Positions 57,859 through 60,577 of a DNA stretch of 60,577 bases are shown one piece after another. The notes under the pieces were generated by a model. The model did not search any database. It had not been told where the DNA came from and saw only the letters and a list, made by a program, of their open reading frames with translations. The translations under genes and the position numbers were made by a program. Source of the stretch: a candidate division GN15 bacterium (lineage in GTDB: Bacteria > Zixibacteria > MSB-5A5 > GN15 > FEB-12); NCBI GenBank assembly GCA_014727815.1, contig WJMS01000257.1, forward strand, positions 1 to 60,577, in the 5' to 3' direction. Position 1 is the stretch's first letter, and every line of letters begins with the position of its first letter.

Positions 57859-59151
57859 ATGGCCAAACAGGTACGTATACTTCTGCTGATCGGCGCGCTG
57901 ATGCTTCTGGCCGCGGTCTCCTCGCGCGCCCAGACCGATCCCGGGATTCCCGATACCCTCCGGATCGATGACGCGGTCGCGTTCACCAATACCGGCTCGG
58001 GCGTGCTGCCGGTCTATCTCTTCAACGATGAAGAGTTGGCGTACTTCGAACTGACACTTGAGATGAGTTCATCGGCGATCGACTTCGACTCCGTATCGTT
58101 CGTCGGGACGCGTTTCGAGGACGCCGGTTTCCGGGTTTACAGAGACTTGGACAGCAGCACGACTTTCACGCTTGGGGCTCAGCAGACCACGGATCTGCTG
58201 CCGGCCGGATCAGGACTGGCGGCTCGTATTTACTTTTCGTTCGAGACCAGCATCACACCAATGACCGTCACTTTTGACACAACCACATTCCTCACGCCGA
58301 GCAATATTGAGTACTCAACAACGGTGAGCGAAGATCCCTTCGACCCGCCGTTCGTCCCGCAGTTCGTGCCCGGATCATTAACAATCGAGGAGCCGCCGCC
58401 GATTCTCGATTCGGTCTGGATTGCCGATGTGCAGTCGGAGCCGACCCAGAGCTTCGCTGCCGATGTCCACCTCTTCAACGAGACCGACATCCTGAACATG
58501 CAGCTCTCGCTCGACTACGGTTCGCCCTACCTGAGCTACGACTCGGTGTCGTTTACCGGTGTGCGGGGCGCCTCGGCAAATTCCAAGCAGGTCTTCCCCT
58601 TCACCAGCATGCAACGGTTACAGATTCAGCTCGACTGGACCGAGGGCTCTCCCCTGACACCGGGCGACGGAGTACTGATGCGGCTGCATTTCACGGTCGA
58701 CTCGACAGCCGTCGACACCTCGATCACGATCGACACGGCCATCGGACAGAATAACTTCATCACGCAGACCGCAGCGGCCGGGGGCGAGCAGTTCACGCCG
58801 ATCTTCAACAGCGGTATCGTGAGCATTCAGATTTCGACCGATGTGGGTGATGATCCCGATCAGCCCCTGCCCGACAATTACTACCTGAGTCAGAATTACC
58901 CGAACCCGTTTAATCCGACCACCTATATCGAGTTCTCGATTCCACAGGCCGGTCACGTGCGACTCGATGTTTTCAACGTCCTCGGACGTCGCGTGCGGAC
59001 CCTGCTCGATGACGAGTTGTCGGCCGGGATGCACCGGGTGATGTTTGACGGTCGCTCCGAGACGGGTGGCCAGCTCTCGACCGGTGTCTACCTCTACCGC
59101 CTGAGTACCGAAAGCTACACCGAGAGCAAGAAGATGTTGATGATGAAGTAA
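57859..59151 (+). CDS. Secreted protein with two cohesin-like domains and a T9SS type A / FlgD-Ig C-terminal domain
   Basis: Signal peptide; two ~145-aa repeats (DSVSFVGTR / DSVSFTGVR, PAGSG / PGDG, FVPQFVPG / FTPIFNSG); LSQNYPNPFNP...KKMLMMK. Confidence 0.82.
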   Translation: MAKQVRILLLIGALMLLAAVSSRAQTDPGIPDTLRIDDAVAFTNTGSGVLPVYLFNDEELAYFELTLEMSSSAIDFDSVSFVGTRFEDAGFRVYRDLDSSTTFTLGAQQTTDLLPAGSGLAARIYFSFETSITPMTVTFDTTTFLTPSNIEYSTTVSEDPFDPPFVPQFVPGSLTIEEPPPILDSVWIADVQSEPTQSFAADVHLFNETDILNMQLSLDYGSPYLSYDSVSFTGVRGASANSKQVFPFTSMQRLQIQLDWTEGSPLTPGDGVLMRLHFTVDSTAVDTSITIDTAIGQNNFITQTAAAGGEQFTPIFNSGIVSIQISTDVGDDPDQPLPDNYYLSQNYPNPFNPTTYIEFSIPQAGHVRLDVFNVLGRRVRTLLDDELSAGMHRVMFDGRSETGGQLSTGVYLYRLSTESYTESKKMLMMK

Positions 59152-59177
59152 GAATGTCGCGCGGTAGGAGTATGTAC

Positions 59178-59214
59178 GAAAGGGCCACCCGTGAGTCGGG
59201 CGGCCCTTTCTTTT
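59178..59214. terminator. Probably bidirectional terminator between convergent genes
   Basis: GAAAGGGCC..CCC...GGG..GGCCCTTTCTTTT. Confidence 0.8.
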
Positions 59215-59236
59215 GGGTGAGATAGAGGGGTGCGAG

Positions 59237-59686
59237 TTATCTCTGCTGGTTGAGACGGAAAGTCTGCAAGGCTATCTCATCGTTTTCTATCTTCTCGAGG
59301 TGTTCGATCTCTTTGACGAATCGTTCCTGCTGCTTTTCTTTGAGTTTCTCATAGATCTGCCGCTCCTGCGATGCCTGCACCAGTTTCTGGCGCCGCTTCT
59401 CGGCCTCGGCCTGGTAGCCGCGAAGGGTCTCCCGGCCGACCATCGTGTCACGCTTCAGTTTCACCAGGAAGCGAGAGCAGGCCTGCAAATGGGCCAGCGA
59501 CAGCGTGCCGTGCAGGCGGCCCCGTTGCTGGTTCAGCGTCGACAGTCGATTCTGGTCGATCTGCTCCAGACGACGGTTCTGGTCGTAGACCTGCTGCAGC
59601 GCCTCGGCGTGTTCTTTCTGTCGTTCCCGCTCCCGATGCTCCTTGATCTTCAGCAGCGACGCGAGCCTGTAGCGGAACTTCTTCAC
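59237..59686 (-). CDS. fliJ: Flagellar export protein FliJ
   Basis: FRYRLASLLKIK, ERQIYEKLKEK, NDE; follows fliI. Confidence 0.92.
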   Translation of the reverse strand: MKKFRYRLASLLKIKEHRERERQKEHAEALQQVYDQNRRLEQIDQNRLSTLNQQRGRLHGTLSLAHLQACSRFLVKLKRDTMVGRETLRGYQAEAEKRRQKLVQASQERQIYEKLKEKQQERFVKEIEHLEKIENDEIALQTFRLNQQR

Positions 59687-60577
59687 TTCTCACCACCCGG
59701 GCTTTCCAGCAGCGCCTGCAGATTCGAAACCGACTGCTCGTGATCGACCGTCTCCATGATCCCCTGGCGCAGAAGCGTGTTGAGATCATCGATCTTGTCG
59801 ATCGCCCGGTCGATCCTGGCGCTCGAGCCTTTGACATAGGCGCCGACATTGATCAAGTCTTCCGATTCACGATAGGTGGCGACTATCCTGCGAACCTCGG
59901 CAGCCAGTTCCTTTTCCTGCTCGGTGGCAACCTCGGGGGCCAGGCGGCTGACGGAATCGAGGACATCGACTGCCGGATACTGGTTCATCGAAGCCAGCCG
60001 TCGCGACAGCGACACGTGTCCGTCGAGTATCGACCGGACCGCATCGGAGATCGGCTCGTTCATGTCATCGCCTTCCACCAAGACCGTGTACAGTCCGGTG
60101 ATCGACCCCTCTTCGGTCATGCCCGCCCGTTCCAGCAGAACCGGCAGCATAGCAAACACCGAGGGCGTGTAACCTTTGGTGGCGGGCGGTTCACCGATAG
60201 CCAGGCCGATTTCGCGCTGGGCCATCGCGATGCGGGTAACCGAATCCATCAAGAGCAGAACATTCTTACCCTGGTCGCGGAAGTACTCAGCAATAGTCGT
60301 GGCGGTCATGGCGCCCTTGATACGCACCAGTGCCGGTTCGTCGGAGCTGACGGCAACGACAACCGACCGCTTGAGACCTTCCGGACCGAGGTCGCGTTCG
60401 ATAAACTCACGTACCTCTCGCCCCCGTTCACCGACCAGGGCAATGACGTTGACATCGGCCGATGTCCCCCGGGACATCATGCCGAGCATAACCGACTTGC
60501 CGACCCCGGAACCGGCGAAAATACCCATGCGCTGCCCCTGCCCGACGGGCGTGAGCAGATCGATCGCTTTGATGCCG
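59683..60577 (-). CDS. fliI: Flagellar export ATPase FliI (5' part outside the window)
   Basis: GQGQRMGIFAGSGVGKS, GERGREV, MDSVTR, GEPPATKGY; frame open to the window edge. Confidence 0.96.
   Translation of the reverse strand, partial: GIKAIDLLTPVGQGQRMGIFAGSGVGKSVMLGMMSRGTSADVNVIALVGERGREVREFIERDLGPEGLKRSVVVAVSSDEPALVRIKGAMTATTIAEYFRDQGKNVLLLMDSVTRIAMAQREIGLAIGEPPATKGYTPSVFAMLPVLLERAGMTEEGSITGLYTVLVEGDDMNEPISDAVRSILDGHVSLSRRLASMNQYPAVDVLDSVSRLAPEVATEQEKELAAEVRRIVATYRESEDLINVGAYVKGSSARIDRAIDKIDDLNTLLRQGIMETVDHEQSVSNLQALLESPGGEK

Noticed and set aside
57820..57870. GGGCAAACCAT...GAAA resembling the 5' end of a c-di-GMP-I riboswitch
   Set aside because: No GACGCAAAG or second hairpin; runs into the start codon.
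1..60577. CRISPR arrays, IS/transposases, prophage, rRNA
   Set aside because: No regularly spaced direct repeats or such genes were recognised by eye.

Overview
GC-rich bacterial chromosomal segment; every supported gene but one is on the minus strand. The dockerin variant, cohesin-like domains, PorV-family barrel and T9SS-type C-terminal domains suggest an FCB-group organism, possibly Zixibacteria-like (inference). Left to right: miaA-mutL-mutS, SPOR/TPR, lapB-lapA; a small polysaccharide-export locus (wza, TPR, CpsD kinase, deacetylase); a GGDEF cyclase; a partner-switching operon (large secreted protein, PorV-TPR, membrane RsbW-HAMP-PP2C fusion, STAS); housekeeping genes (folD, ymdB, rny, zapA/B, pheT/S, rplT, rpmI, infC, thrS, tRNA-Val); a dockerin protein; and a ~23 kb flagellar cluster interrupted by a two-cohesin secreted protein. 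The best novelty candidate is the partner-switching module. Its STAS gene ends at an A9 / A-AAA-AAG slippery site, and a -1 shift (or +1 A slippage) fuses it to an otherwise orphan HTH-like ORF. The module sits next to a diguanylate cyclase and an EPS locus, and sigma28-like promoters precede both the STAS gene and the EPS locus. Other notable items are an attenuator-like RNA between rny and ymdB-folD, a cohesin/dockerin pair without recognisable glycoside hydrolase domains, a GGA-rich fliC leader, and a putatively leaderless sigma28-driven Cys-rich microprotein. No CRISPR, IS or prophage was seen. All calls are by eye; no database searches were run.
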